Positions 39,288 through 49,173 of a stretch of DNA of 64,000 bases are shown here, piece after piece. Position 1 is the stretch's first letter. Each line of letters opens with the position of its first letter. The notes below the pieces were generated by a model. That model saw only the letters and a program-made list of their open reading frames with translations. It made no database searches and was not told the origin of the DNA. The position numbers were made by a program, and so were the translations under genes. The stretch is from an uncultured Chloroflexia bacterium (GTDB lineage Bacteria > Chloroflexota > Chloroflexia > QHBQ01 > JADMIH01): NCBI GenBank assembly GCA_963797095.1, contig CAWCNY010000006.1, positions 996,374 through 1,060,373 on the forward strand. Direction: 5' to 3'.

Positions 39288-39695
39288 ATGCCCTTCCTGA
39301 TTGCACACTTGATCGAGGAGCGCGAGCCGCCTATGTGCATACAACAGAATATGCTTGTGAAGGACGCGCTCAAGTTGATGATGCAGCATGGATATAGCCA
39401 ATTACCGGTGGTGAACAGGGATGGGCATTACGTGGGGATGATCTCAGAGAAGGTGGTCGCGCACACCTACTTTTTACTGGGCGACTATGTGCCCATTTTG
39501 CAGTTGTCGCTCGATCATTGCCTGGAGCGGGCAGACCCAATGACTTCGGAAGATGATCTGCTGGAGGCTTGCGACCGCCTGCGGGACGACGAGTTCGCGG
39601 TCGTGATCGTGGACGACCACAAGCCGGTCGGGATCATCACGGCCAACGACCTGACCGATTTTTTCGTCGCCGCTCTAATGACTTCATCAAAGTAA
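39288..39695 (+). CDS. CBS-only tandem paralogue of the preceding gene (truncated; possible pseudogene)
   Basis: Colinear with the first ~130 aa of the 38070 gene; 1-nt loss in T run at ~39660. Confidence 0.7.
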   Translation: MPFLIAHLIEEREPPMCIQQNMLVKDALKLMMQHGYSQLPVVNRDGHYVGMISEKVVAHTYFLLGDYVPILQLSLDHCLERADPMTSEDDLLEACDRLRDDEFAVVIVDDHKPVGIITANDLTDFFVAALMTSSK

Positions 39696-39863
39696 AGCAT
39701 TTGGTCGCAAAACCTATTGACAAGGCGTGACATCCCTGGTAATATATGGGGGTTCCAGGCGTGCAAGCGCAGGGAACAAGTGCCCCAGAGGATCAGTAAC
39801 ATGATCGTCTGGGGTTACTTTTTGTCTCGGGATTGTTATGAGGGCCTGCCCAGGTGCCGGCCT

Positions 39864-40721
39864 TTATTTCGTTAAGTTGGTGAAGAAAGTATTGATCTCG
39901 TGGTTCATCGCGTCTATGAACTCCTCGGTCCAGGAATGCTGGCCGCCCGTGTAGACGTAGGTACGGATATTGTGGCGGTTGCGCACGAACGCTTCGAGCA
40001 TAGGCAGTGGAGCAAAAGCATCGTGTTCGGAAGCGAGGATGAGGACTGGGCCAGAGAATAGAGCTAGCTCGGTGCGGGCATCGGTGAGCATGAGATCGTG
40101 GAGGAACTCGCCCGCGGCTCGCAGGTCTCCCTCTTGTTTGTGGGCGATGTCACGCTCGGCGAGGATGGGGATAGCGTAGGGTGGTTCATGGATTATGATG
40201 CGGTGCATAAGCCGGTTACTGGCTCGAAGCTTGTCTAGAAGGGCGCGCGGGGGGGATGCGAGCAACCCGTAGGCGACGAAGGGGCGTGCCCATTTGGTGG
40301 GCACGGCGGGCTTGCCGAAGAAGGGAAGGTGCAACACCTGCCCCATGACGCATTCGCGGTGTTCCAGTGCGTAGCGTGCGGAGATGGGAGCGCCGGTGGC
40401 GATGCTGGCGAGCACCAGTTTCTTGTTGGCAAGGCCGATGTTGCGCAGGAATATATGAAGCCAGCGCACGTAGCCGTCGATGTCGTGTTTGTATGGTGGT
40501 GGCAGGGTGGCGGATTCGCCGCAGCCAGGAAGGTCGGGAAGGATCACCCGCCAGCTATCGGGCACTCCCTCGATGACAGGCCAGAAGGAGTCGCCCCCTC
40601 CCAGCAGGCCGTTGATCCCGATGTAAATGCATTCGGCGTCGGCAGGCCCATGCTCGGTGTAAGAGACGGGCCGCCCTTCAATGGTGACCGTATGGGATTG
40701 CATTGTGGGTGTGAGTTCCAT
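39864..40721 (-). CDS. Alpha/beta hydrolase fold protein
   Basis: NGLLG, PDLPGCGES, SEHDAF, GGQHS; atypical nucleophile elbow. Confidence 0.8.
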   Translation of the reverse strand: MELTPTMQSHTVTIEGRPVSYTEHGPADAECIYIGINGLLGGGDSFWPVIEGVPDSWRVILPDLPGCGESATLPPPYKHDIDGYVRWLHIFLRNIGLANKKLVLASIATGAPISARYALEHRECVMGQVLHLPFFGKPAVPTKWARPFVAYGLLASPPRALLDKLRASNRLMHRIIIHEPPYAIPILAERDIAHKQEGDLRAAGEFLHDLMLTDARTELALFSGPVLILASEHDAFAPLPMLEAFVRNRHNIRTYVYTGGQHSWTEEFIDAMNHEINTFFTNLTK

Positions 40722-40979
40722 AGGTGGATGGCTCCTTGATCTCATACTCCGTATTTCTTATTGTTTACTTGCCCTATGCAAGAGGCGTGCCCGCTCTAGC
40801 GCTTGCCGTTTCAGGTTGGAATGGTTGTCGCGTGACTGATTAGTTGAGGCATGGTCATAAATACCAATTACGCACAATTTGACGCTCACGATGTGGTCTG
40901 AATAGAGCCAAAATACGCGGCTCGGCTCACTATTTGATCAGTCGCCACGCGTGAAAAATGAATTATGACCATGCCTCGA

Positions 40980-42212
40980 TTAGTTCCCGCGTTTTATCGT
41001 TTCGAGGAGGGTTTCAAGGAGTTGTGCCTGGGCCCGGCGGGAGTAGTGGGCAACGACGTAGGCGCGGCCTCGCTCGCCCATTTCTTGAGATTCCTGGGGG
41101 TGGTCGTGGAGATAGAGGATGGCCTGGGCCATATCGATTGGATCTTCGGGGTGGCAGGCAATCCCCGCTTTTGCATCGCTGAGAACCTGCTCGGCCTCGC
41201 CGGAGACGCTTAGCACAGTTGGGCGAGCGCAGGCCCACGCCTCGAACATCTTGGAGGGGAGCGCCCCGCGGAACAGAGGTTCGTCGCGCAATGGCACAAT
41301 GGTGCAATCAGCGGCTGAGAGATAAACGGGCATCTTGTCTGAGGGCACTTCGGATAGGAAGCGCATATTGGGCAGATCCATTTGCTCAGACATCTGCATA
41401 AGCTCTAACTTCTTTGGTCCCTCGCCCACGAAGACGAACTGAATATCAGCCGCGTCGCGTAGTGATTGCGCCGCGTGCAGAAGGGTTTCCAGGCCCTGGG
41501 CTATGCCGTGGATGCCCGCATACATCACCACGAATTTGTCCTTAAGTCCGAGTTGCTTGCGGACTGATTGCCTCCCCATTTCGTCATAGTGGAATTGATC
41601 GGTATTTGCACCATTCGGGATGAGGGCCAGTCTGGATTCGGGCAGATCCCGCTCGATCAGGCGGTTGCCGATACCGCGTGTCACAGTCACTACGCGGGCG
41701 GCTCTACGATATAGGAGTTTCTCAAGCTGTTCGGCTGCGGCTATGGCGCGCGGGCTTGATAGCTCGCCGAGGGCGACGGCAGATTCGGGCCACAGGTCGC
41801 GCACCTCGAAGACGAAGGGGATGCGGCGCACAGTGGCGGCAGCAAGGCCCGCTGCGCCGACGAAGAGTGGGGGCGAGGTAGCGTACACGAGGTCGTAGCG
41901 CCCCTTGATGAGCACGCCGGCGAGGGCTGCCATCCCCATGTAGCTGAGGTAAAAGCGCATACGCGACTTGAAAGTCTTTTCGGGGGAGGCCCATACCCAC
42001 AGGCGCAGCACGTCAATGTTGCTTTCAAGTACCCGCTCGGAGAGGCGGCCCCGGTATCGTGGGTGAATGATGCCGGACGGGTGGTTCGGTACTTCGGTGA
42101 CGACCGTGACATGGTGCCCACGGGATGCCAGATACCGGCTCATCTCGTAAGCGCGAGTCTGTGTAGCGCCCACTTCGGGCGGGTAGTACTGGGTAAAGTA
42201 GAGGAGACGCAC
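40980..42212 (-). CDS. Glycosyltransferase family 4 (WbuB-like)
   Basis: QYYPPE, TSPPLF, FEVRDLWPES, YAGIHGIAQGL, PSKMFE. Confidence 0.9.
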   Translation of the reverse strand: MRLLYFTQYYPPEVGATQTRAYEMSRYLASRGHHVTVVTEVPNHPSGIIHPRYRGRLSERVLESNIDVLRLWVWASPEKTFKSRMRFYLSYMGMAALAGVLIKGRYDLVYATSPPLFVGAAGLAAATVRRIPFVFEVRDLWPESAVALGELSSPRAIAAAEQLEKLLYRRAARVVTVTRGIGNRLIERDLPESRLALIPNGANTDQFHYDEMGRQSVRKQLGLKDKFVVMYAGIHGIAQGLETLLHAAQSLRDAADIQFVFVGEGPKKLELMQMSEQMDLPNMRFLSEVPSDKMPVYLSAADCTIVPLRDEPLFRGALPSKMFEAWACARPTVLSVSGEAEQVLSDAKAGIACHPEDPIDMAQAILYLHDHPQESQEMGERGRAYVVAHYSRRAQAQLLETLLETIKRGN

Positions 42213-42256
42213 TCTTTCTGATCTTGGATTTCGGATTGCCGATTTTGTGTCGGTGG

Positions 42257-44194
42257 TCAGGTGACAGTGACGGGTTCGGGCTGTTGTGATTCGGGTTGGG
42301 GAATGCGTTGAGGAGAGGCTATGAAGGTGCGCCACCACGATTGCACGTTGAGAAGTTTCCAGAGATCCAGGCTGCGGTCTTTGCGGCCCGCCAGGTGTTC
42401 ATCCAGGGCCTGATTGATGTACTGGGGCGAGAGGATGCCAGTAGAAAGGGTTTCGGGCGAAGTGAGAGTGGCGCGCAGCCAGGAGGCCAGCGGGTCGCGA
42501 AACCAGGGACCCATGGGGGTTGGCATGCCCATTTTGTCGGCGCGTAGATAAATAGGTTTGGGCAGGAGGTCGGCCACAGCCTCGCGCAGGATGTGCTTCA
42601 TTTGCAAACCCTTAATCCTGAGTGAGCTGGGGACCGATGCGGCGTGTTCTAGCAGGCGGTAGTCCAGAAGTGGCGCGCGGGATTCGAGGGAGAACGCCAT
42701 GCTGGTGCGATCCTCGACCTGCAAGAGGGCGGGTAGGTACCATTTCAGGTCATAGCGCATAGTGGCAGCGAGTGACGAGCGACCATTGAGGCGTGACAGG
42801 TGCTCCGGGTCCACCCGGTACTCGTCACTCGTCGCTCGCCAATCGTCAAAGACTCGCCCAGCCCAGGGGCCTCTGGTGCTGTCGGCCTGGAGCCTGCCGC
42901 TACGGCCTGCTCGTATAGCTTTTATCAGATTTGCGCGCAGGTTGGGGCGGCCCAGGAGGGTCAGGGCATCTTGCAGGAGATCGGCTGCCAGTATGGGGTG
43001 TTGGCGGGCCAGGCGTGTCAGGGTGCGCAGGTAGGCGGGAATATAGCCGAAGTAGCCCCCCCAGGCTTCGTCGCCACCCTGCCCGCCGTTGATCACGGTG
43101 ACGCCCGATTGGCGTGTAAGCTCGCATACAGCCCATTGCAGAAGGATACCCGGCCCGGCGGCAGGCTCGTCCATGTGCCACACCATTTTGTCGAGCAGGC
43201 GAGGAAGATCGTCTGCGGTCGGCAGAACTTCTCGGTGGTCTGTGCCGTAGCGGCGGGTGACGAGGTGGATGTAGCGGCGTTCGTCGTATTCAGACCCACC
43301 GGCAAAAGCGCCTGAGAAGGTGCGCAGACGCTCGCCGCTGTTCGCCAACTGGCCGCTTAGAAGAGCCACGATGGCGCTGCTGTCGAGGCCGCCGCTCAGG
43401 TGGGAGCCTAACGGCACGTCCGAGCGGAGGCGCAGGCGAACTGAGTCTTCGAGCAATTCGCGGGTTTTATCTATATAGTAGCGTTCAGGGTGGAGGCCCA
43501 GGTCGTTCTCCTGGGAGGGGAGGTCCCACCATTGGCGAATCGTGAGACCATCCGGCGTGACCACCATGAAGTGTCCGGGCAGGAGCCTGTTGATGCCACG
43601 GAACCAGGTGTGCTCTCCTGTAGTGTACATGGCGTTCATGTACTCGATGATCGCGGAGAGGTTTGGTTCAGGGGTGATGTCAGGGTGCTGGAAAAGGGTC
43701 TTTATCTCGGAGGCAAAGACGAGGGTGTTGTTTTGCCAATGATAGTAGAGGGGCTTTACGCCAACACGGTCGCGGGCTACGAAGAGTGCGCGGCGGCGGA
43801 TGTCCCAGAGGGCGAAGGCGAACATGCCGTTGAAGCGTCGCAGGCAGTCTGTACCCCATTCCTCGTAAGCATGGAGGATGGTTTCGCTGTCGGACTTGGA
43901 GGAGAATCGGTGGCCCCGCGCTTCGAGGATGGGGCGCATCTCGATGTAGTTATAGATTTCGCCGTTGAAAATAAGCTGAAGGGAGCCGTCTTCATTGGTC
44001 ATGGGCTGCATGGCGGCATCGGAGAGGTCGATGATGCGCAGGCGGCGATAGGCCAGGCCGAGGCCCGCCTGGTCATCCAGGTAGAAGCGCTCGCCGTCAG
44101 GGCCGCGATGGGTGATGCACTGCGCCATGCGCAGAAGTGCGTCCCGGTCGGCGGGTTGGCCGTTTGTGTTGAAGATGCCTGCTATGCCACACAT
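42257..44194 (-). CDS. asnB: Asparagine synthase (glutamine-hydrolysing) family amidotransferase
   Basis: MCGIAG, HRGPD, NGEIYN, SGGLDSS, GQGGDE, DRTSMA. Confidence 0.92.
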   Translation of the reverse strand: MCGIAGIFNTNGQPADRDALLRMAQCITHRGPDGERFYLDDQAGLGLAYRRLRIIDLSDAAMQPMTNEDGSLQLIFNGEIYNYIEMRPILEARGHRFSSKSDSETILHAYEEWGTDCLRRFNGMFAFALWDIRRRALFVARDRVGVKPLYYHWQNNTLVFASEIKTLFQHPDITPEPNLSAIIEYMNAMYTTGEHTWFRGINRLLPGHFMVVTPDGLTIRQWWDLPSQENDLGLHPERYYIDKTRELLEDSVRLRLRSDVPLGSHLSGGLDSSAIVALLSGQLANSGERLRTFSGAFAGGSEYDERRYIHLVTRRYGTDHREVLPTADDLPRLLDKMVWHMDEPAAGPGILLQWAVCELTRQSGVTVINGGQGGDEAWGGYFGYIPAYLRTLTRLARQHPILAADLLQDALTLLGRPNLRANLIKAIRAGRSGRLQADSTRGPWAGRVFDDWRATSDEYRVDPEHLSRLNGRSSLAATMRYDLKWYLPALLQVEDRTSMAFSLESRAPLLDYRLLEHAASVPSSLRIKGLQMKHILREAVADLLPKPIYLRADKMGMPTPMGPWFRDPLASWLRATLTSPETLSTGILSPQYINQALDEHLAGRKDRSLDLWKLLNVQSWWRTFIASPQRIPQPESQQPEPVTVT

Positions 44195-44397
44195 GATGTT
44201 AGTATAGCAGATCGGATTGGGAACGCTCGCAACCTGAGTCACGGGAGTGCCAATACACCCCTTGAAGCTTACGTGCGTACTGCACAATCCGTAATTCATG
44301 CCTGTGTGTGTGATGCCACCTGGCGTAGTTCTTGACCGTGCCGATTGGCGGGTGCTACAATTAGCTCGTGCCCTGATTGCTGACTTGAGAGGAGCTA

Positions 44398-46104
44398 TTG
44401 TTGTTTGCATTGACCGAAGTTAGGCTTCGATCTTTTCTTTCTCGTGCGAAGTGGCAGGCCGCCTTGCCGGCTGCCGGGCTTATTCTGATACTTCTGACCG
44501 GATGCTGGCCCCTGGAAGATGGGAACACGCCGGGCGGGCCGGGTGGCCCCACACCCGGCGCTATGGTGGGCGTGACCGCGATTCCTCAGGAACCGGGTGA
44601 GTTGAACATAGCGGGTGGGATCGATGATCCGCCCTCGATTGATCCGGCGCTTGCCTCCGACTCCTATTCTCATTTCGTCATACACCAGCTGTTCAGTGGG
44701 CTGGTGATGTTCGACGACGACCTGAATGTGGTACCTGATATGGCGGCTGCTATGCCGCAGGTGTCGGCTGACGGTAAGACTTACACCTTTGTGCTGAGGC
44801 GTGGCGTCAGGTTCCCCGACGGCCAGGAAGTCACATCAAGCGACTTCAAATATTCGATTGAGCGGGCCGCCGATCCCAGGATGGCAGGCGCGCTGCCGCC
44901 CGAATCGTTGCCTGCCGGACTCTACCTGGACGATATTGTAGGTGTGAAGGATAAGCTGGCGGGCAAGGCATCGGAGGTGGCAGGGGTGCAGGCCCCCGAT
45001 CCCTATACGCTGGTGATTACCCTTAATGCGCCCAGGCAATACTTCCTCTCAAAGCTCGCAAGCGGCCCGGCGGTGGTCGTCCAGAAGTCGAACGTAGAAT
45101 CGGGGGACGACTGGACCGACAATCCAAAGGGCACCGGGCCGTTCCGGTTGGAGAAGTGGGAGCACAACCAGCAGATGGTGCTTGTCGCCAACGAGCGATA
45201 TTACGCGGGCAAGCCCAACCTGGACAGGGTAAATATCTGGATGGGGGCCAACGCCACAGGCGAGTTGCAGCAATACGAGGTGGGCGGGCTTGACGTGGCG
45301 GGCGTGGGGATCGACGATCTTGAGCGAGTGACCGACCGGAATAACCCGCTGTCCAAAGAGTTGCAGTCGGTGCCCGACCTGTCGGTGACTTACCTCGGCT
45401 TCAATATCAGGCAGAAGCCCTTTGACGACCCGAAGGTGCGCGAAGCGATCTCACGGGTGATAGACAGACAGAAGATCGCGCGGGTGATGTTCCAGGAGCG
45501 AGTGAGGCAGGCCGGTGGGTTTGTGCCGCCCGACATAGCCGGGTACGAGCCGCCTGATACGAGCGATCTGGGTTACAATGTGACTCGCGCACGCGAATTG
45601 CTGGCGGAATTGACCTATAAGTCGGCGGAAAACCTGCCGAAACTGAGGTTGTATTCGGCGGGTGACGGGCTTGGGCCGATGATCCAGGATGTGCTCAGCA
45701 AGACTCTTGAGATCGATATCGAGGTGCACCAGGTCGAATGGAGTGATTACCTGGACGGGTTGGACCGGGGAGAATACCCTATGTTCACGCTAACCTGGAT
45801 CGCTGATTATCCCGACCCCGCGGGCATCCTCGACAGCCTGTTCAGGTCGGATTCGCCAGGCAACAACTTCGGGTATAAGAACGTCGATGTGGATGCCGCG
45901 CTTGATGCCGCCGCCGCAGAAAAAGACACCAAGAAGCGGCTTGCGGATTACACGCAGATCGAAGACCGCATCTTGCACGATTTCCCGGCGGTGCCCCTCT
46001 ATTACTCGGTGGATTACGAGCTTGTTAAGCCGTATGTCAAGGGCCTGCAAGTGACACCGATGGGCATCTTGAGCCTGAAGGATGTCACGATTGAAGGCAG
46101 GTGA
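44398..46104 (+). CDS. ABC transporter peptide-binding lipoprotein (family 5)
   Basis: Lipobox LTGC; IDPA, SADGKTYTF, GTGPF, PFDDPKVREA, WIADYPDP; start uncertain. Confidence 0.88.
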   Translation: MLFALTEVRLRSFLSRAKWQAALPAAGLILILLTGCWPLEDGNTPGGPGGPTPGAMVGVTAIPQEPGELNIAGGIDDPPSIDPALASDSYSHFVIHQLFSGLVMFDDDLNVVPDMAAAMPQVSADGKTYTFVLRRGVRFPDGQEVTSSDFKYSIERAADPRMAGALPPESLPAGLYLDDIVGVKDKLAGKASEVAGVQAPDPYTLVITLNAPRQYFLSKLASGPAVVVQKSNVESGDDWTDNPKGTGPFRLEKWEHNQQMVLVANERYYAGKPNLDRVNIWMGANATGELQQYEVGGLDVAGVGIDDLERVTDRNNPLSKELQSVPDLSVTYLGFNIRQKPFDDPKVREAISRVIDRQKIARVMFQERVRQAGGFVPPDIAGYEPPDTSDLGYNVTRARELLAELTYKSAENLPKLRLYSAGDGLGPMIQDVLSKTLEIDIEVHQVEWSDYLDGLDRGEYPMFTLTWIADYPDPAGILDSLFRSDSPGNNFGYKNVDVDAALDAAAAEKDTKKRLADYTQIEDRILHDFPAVPLYYSVDYELVKPYVKGLQVTPMGILSLKDVTIEGR

Positions 46105-46176
46105 GAGGTTTCGGACTTCGGTGAGAATTGGGAACTTGGCCTTGCAATTTTAGCTTTTGATACGGAACGTGACCGA

Positions 46177-47049
46177 GTGACAGACCCACAGCCCGTCAGC
46201 CGCGACCCACAGCTCCAGATAGAAGTGTTGGCGCCGGGAGGCGTGCGCGGGTTGCGGTTGCCCTGGTTGAGCAGGTTCAATTATGAGAACCTGACGGCTC
46301 ACCTTGAGGAGAACCCCGGTAGGTCGCTGCATGTGGTGGGCACCAACGAGTACATAGTGGGCGAGAAATGGCGGCGGCGCGAGGATATCGCCAATATCGT
46401 GGAGGTGGCGGCGCGCCGCGACAAGCGCGAGTTGGTGGAGGCGCTGGCCGCAAAACTGGAAGCAGGTGGCGCGAAGTTGGTGCTGGTCGCCGAGGACGTT
46501 TGGCAGGAGGATGCCGGCCTCTTTATCGGCCTGGGGTTCGCCCTGATCGAGCGGATCGTGTTCTTCGAGCGCGACATACCGGCGCGGTATAGGCGTGGGG
46601 ACCGCGAGTGGGAAGAAGGATTACCGGTGCTGAATTTCGCGCGTGCATCGCTGGCAGACCTTGAAATGCTGCTGGAACTTGACCACAAGTCTTTCCCGTG
46701 GCTTTGGTGGAACAGCGAAGATGAAATGGGCACCTATCTGCTGATGGAAGATGTGTCGGTATTCATCGCAAGTGCCAGGGGTAAGCCTGTCGGGTACGCT
46801 TCTTTCACCATGTATAATGGCTGGGCGCATTTGGACCGGCTTGCGGTGATCGAGGCGGAACAGGGAAGGGGGTTCGGCGCGACGCAACTGGCGAACGCGT
46901 TGCGCGAGATGCAAGCGAGAGGGGCGCGCAATGTTGGCCTGTCGACGCAGGAGCAGAATGTACAATCGCATAAGCTGTACAGGCGTTTCGATTTCAGGCT
47001 GGGACGCGAGTTGATGGGGATTTATGGGAGATGGATCAGCGACAAATAA
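46177..47049 (+). CDS. GNAT acetyltransferase
   Basis: LDRLAV..QGRGFG motif A; N....LYRRF. Confidence 0.82.
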   Translation: MTDPQPVSRDPQLQIEVLAPGGVRGLRLPWLSRFNYENLTAHLEENPGRSLHVVGTNEYIVGEKWRRREDIANIVEVAARRDKRELVEALAAKLEAGGAKLVLVAEDVWQEDAGLFIGLGFALIERIVFFERDIPARYRRGDREWEEGLPVLNFARASLADLEMLLELDHKSFPWLWWNSEDEMGTYLLMEDVSVFIASARGKPVGYASFTMYNGWAHLDRLAVIEAEQGRGFGATQLANALREMQARGARNVGLSTQEQNVQSHKLYRRFDFRLGRELMGIYGRWISDK

Positions 47050-47095
47050 CCAGGAACCAGGAACCAGGAACTCGTTACGGGAGGAACAAGCTAGC

Positions 47096-48325
47096 ATGAA
47101 GGTGCTTATGCTTTCGTGGGAGTACCCACCGCATATCGTGGGTGGGCTGGGGAAGCATGTAGAGGATTTAGTACCGCAACTGGTGGCGGATGGGGTGGAA
47201 GTGCATCTGGTAGTGCCCAACCTGAGCGGTGGGGCTTTCAATGAGCCGTTGAAGTTGCCGGATGGATCGGCTGCTACCAACAATAGCCAGGTATACCGGG
47301 TCAACGCGTCCGGTTCTGATGGAGATTTCTTCAGCAACGCCTGGCACGACAACATCCTTATCACCGAGTTTTGTCACAATTTGGTGCATCACGAAGGCAG
47401 ATTTGATCTGATACACGACCATGACTGGCTGAACGGATTCGCCGCCATTGCGTTGAAGAGGGAGCACCATTTGCCTCTGCTGGCGACCATTCATGCCTCC
47501 GAGCTGGGCAGAAACGGTGGACATCTGTACAGCGAGATGCAGAGATCTATTCACCAGGCCGAGTGGTGGCTTACCTATGAAGCCTGGAGGATAATCGCTG
47601 CCAGCCACTACATGGCCTGGGAGGTGAAAAACCATTTCGGCGTGCCTGAGGCCAAGATTGACGTGATACCGAACGGGGTGGATACAAGCAGGTTCGATGC
47701 ATTGAGAGGAGATGACCTGTCAGGTTTCAGGTTGGGATTCGCCTTGCCCGACCAGCCCATCGTCTATTACGTGGGTCGCATAGTGCCTGAGAAGGGGCTA
47801 TCGGTCCTGATCGACGCGGTGCCTCGCGTGCTGGCCGAGTGGCCGGGAGTGAAGTTTGTCCTGGCGGGCGGAGGCTACACGGACGATCTAAAGCGGCAGG
47901 CGTGGGAGCTAGGGGTGGCAAAAAGCGTTATCTTCCCTGGAAGGGTGCCGGATGCCGTGCGTGACAGGCTATTTATGGCGGCCGATTGCGCGGTTTTCCC
48001 CAGCCTGTACGAGCCGTTCGGGATCGTGGCATTGGAGGCTATGGCTGCCGGTTGCCCGGTGGTGGTAAGCGACGTTGGAGGTCTCTCGGAGGTGGTGGAG
48101 ATGCACGAAACGGGGATCAAAGTGTATCCAAACGATCCGGGGTCGTTGGCCTGGGGGATCTTGCATACGTTGAGGAATCCGGAGTGGTCGAAGGCCAGAG
48201 TGGAAAACGCGTATAAAGTAGTTCGCGAGCAATATAATTGGCATAGGATCGCCGATATGACTGTCGATGTGTACAACAAGATAGTCGGGGAAGCGAAAGC
48301 GGGCGACTGGGCCTACACGGAGTAA
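47096..48325 (+). CDS. Glycosyltransferase family 4
   Basis: SWEYPP..GGLG, HDHDW, PSLYEPFGIVALEAM. Confidence 0.9.
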   Translation: MKVLMLSWEYPPHIVGGLGKHVEDLVPQLVADGVEVHLVVPNLSGGAFNEPLKLPDGSAATNNSQVYRVNASGSDGDFFSNAWHDNILITEFCHNLVHHEGRFDLIHDHDWLNGFAAIALKREHHLPLLATIHASELGRNGGHLYSEMQRSIHQAEWWLTYEAWRIIAASHYMAWEVKNHFGVPEAKIDVIPNGVDTSRFDALRGDDLSGFRLGFALPDQPIVYYVGRIVPEKGLSVLIDAVPRVLAEWPGVKFVLAGGGYTDDLKRQAWELGVAKSVIFPGRVPDAVRDRLFMAADCAVFPSLYEPFGIVALEAMAAGCPVVVSDVGGLSEVVEMHETGIKVYPNDPGSLAWGILHTLRNPEWSKARVENAYKVVREQYNWHRIADMTVDVYNKIVGEAKAGDWAYTE

Positions 48326-48331
48326 GGACTT

Positions 48332-48387
48332 CGTATTGCGTACTGCGTACTGCGTGCTGCGTATTGCGTACTGCGTGCTGCTTATTG
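48332..48387. repeat. Intergenic heptamer tandem repeat (CGTAYTG-like) x8
   Basis: CGTATTG CGTACTG CGTACTG CGTGCTG CGTATTG CGTACTG CGTGCTG CTTATTG. Confidence 0.8.
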
Positions 48388-48429
48388 GCATTGTTGTGAA
48401 GTAAGCAGTAGGAGTAAGGAGTAACGATC

Positions 48430-49050
48430 ATGTTGCTTGCGGATAAGCGTATCCTCGAAGAGATGGAGCGCGGGAATATTATCATCGAGCCGTTCGAGCC
48501 GCGCCAGTTGGGCACGAACTCTTACGACGTGAGGCTCGGCCCCTATTACTTCATCCCGAATCACAATATGGTGACGGTGAACTTCACCGAGGAAGAGGAC
48601 GCGGAAGCCTTCTGGCTTGGGCCGTATTATGCCGAGGACGGGTTGATCAAAATCAGGCCCGGCGACACGATCCTGGCCCATACTGAGGAAGTAGTGGGTG
48701 GTTGCAACGGCTTTACCACCTCTATGCGGGCGCGGTCAAGTATCGGGCGGTCGTGTTTGTCGGTGTGCAAGTGCGCTGGGGTGGGCGATGTCGGCTATAT
48801 CTCCAAGTGGACAATGGAGATCTCGAACCACAGCCACGCGATGGCGATCCTGCCCGTGGGGTTGCGGGTGGCCCAGATACTCTTTTATGAAGTGGGCGAA
48901 ACGCTGCGCGAGTACCAGGGCAAGTACGGCTCGTGGAAAGACTGGTCGCCCAAAGATATGCTGCCCAAGTTGTACCGCGACTACGACCTGTCGCAGGTGG
49001 GCCCCAACCGTGTGACCCGTAGGAACGGCCTGGAGGTTGGGCACAGGTAA
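48430..49050 (+). CDS. dcd: dCTP deaminase
   Basis: NSYDVRLG, ARSSIGR, GDVGY..WTMEI, AQI..Y.GKY. Confidence 0.88.
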   Translation: MLLADKRILEEMERGNIIIEPFEPRQLGTNSYDVRLGPYYFIPNHNMVTVNFTEEEDAEAFWLGPYYAEDGLIKIRPGDTILAHTEEVVGGCNGFTTSMRARSSIGRSCLSVCKCAGVGDVGYISKWTMEISNHSHAMAILPVGLRVAQILFYEVGETLREYQGKYGSWKDWSPKDMLPKLYRDYDLSQVGPNRVTRRNGLEVGHR

Positions 49051-49069
49051 GTATTAATTGTGCGCTTCA

Positions 49070-49103
49070 TAAGAAAATTGGCGGCATAGCCGCCAATTTT
49101 CTT
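49070..49103 (+). terminator. Intrinsic terminator after dcd
   Basis: AAGAAAATTGGCGGC-ATA-GCCGCCAATTTTCTT. Confidence 0.75.
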
Positions 49104-49173
49104 ATATAGAACCGGAGCACTGATAAATATTTGCCCTGAGTGCCGTATAGTAATAGCAGCCGGCTGGCGCACT

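Noticed and set aside
42257-44194. asnB-like gene as a lasso-peptide cyclase for the SVNWS peptide
   Set aside because: Intact Cys-start glutaminase domain, paired with a WbuB-like GT4, no B protein, ~19 kb away; fits polysaccharide amidation
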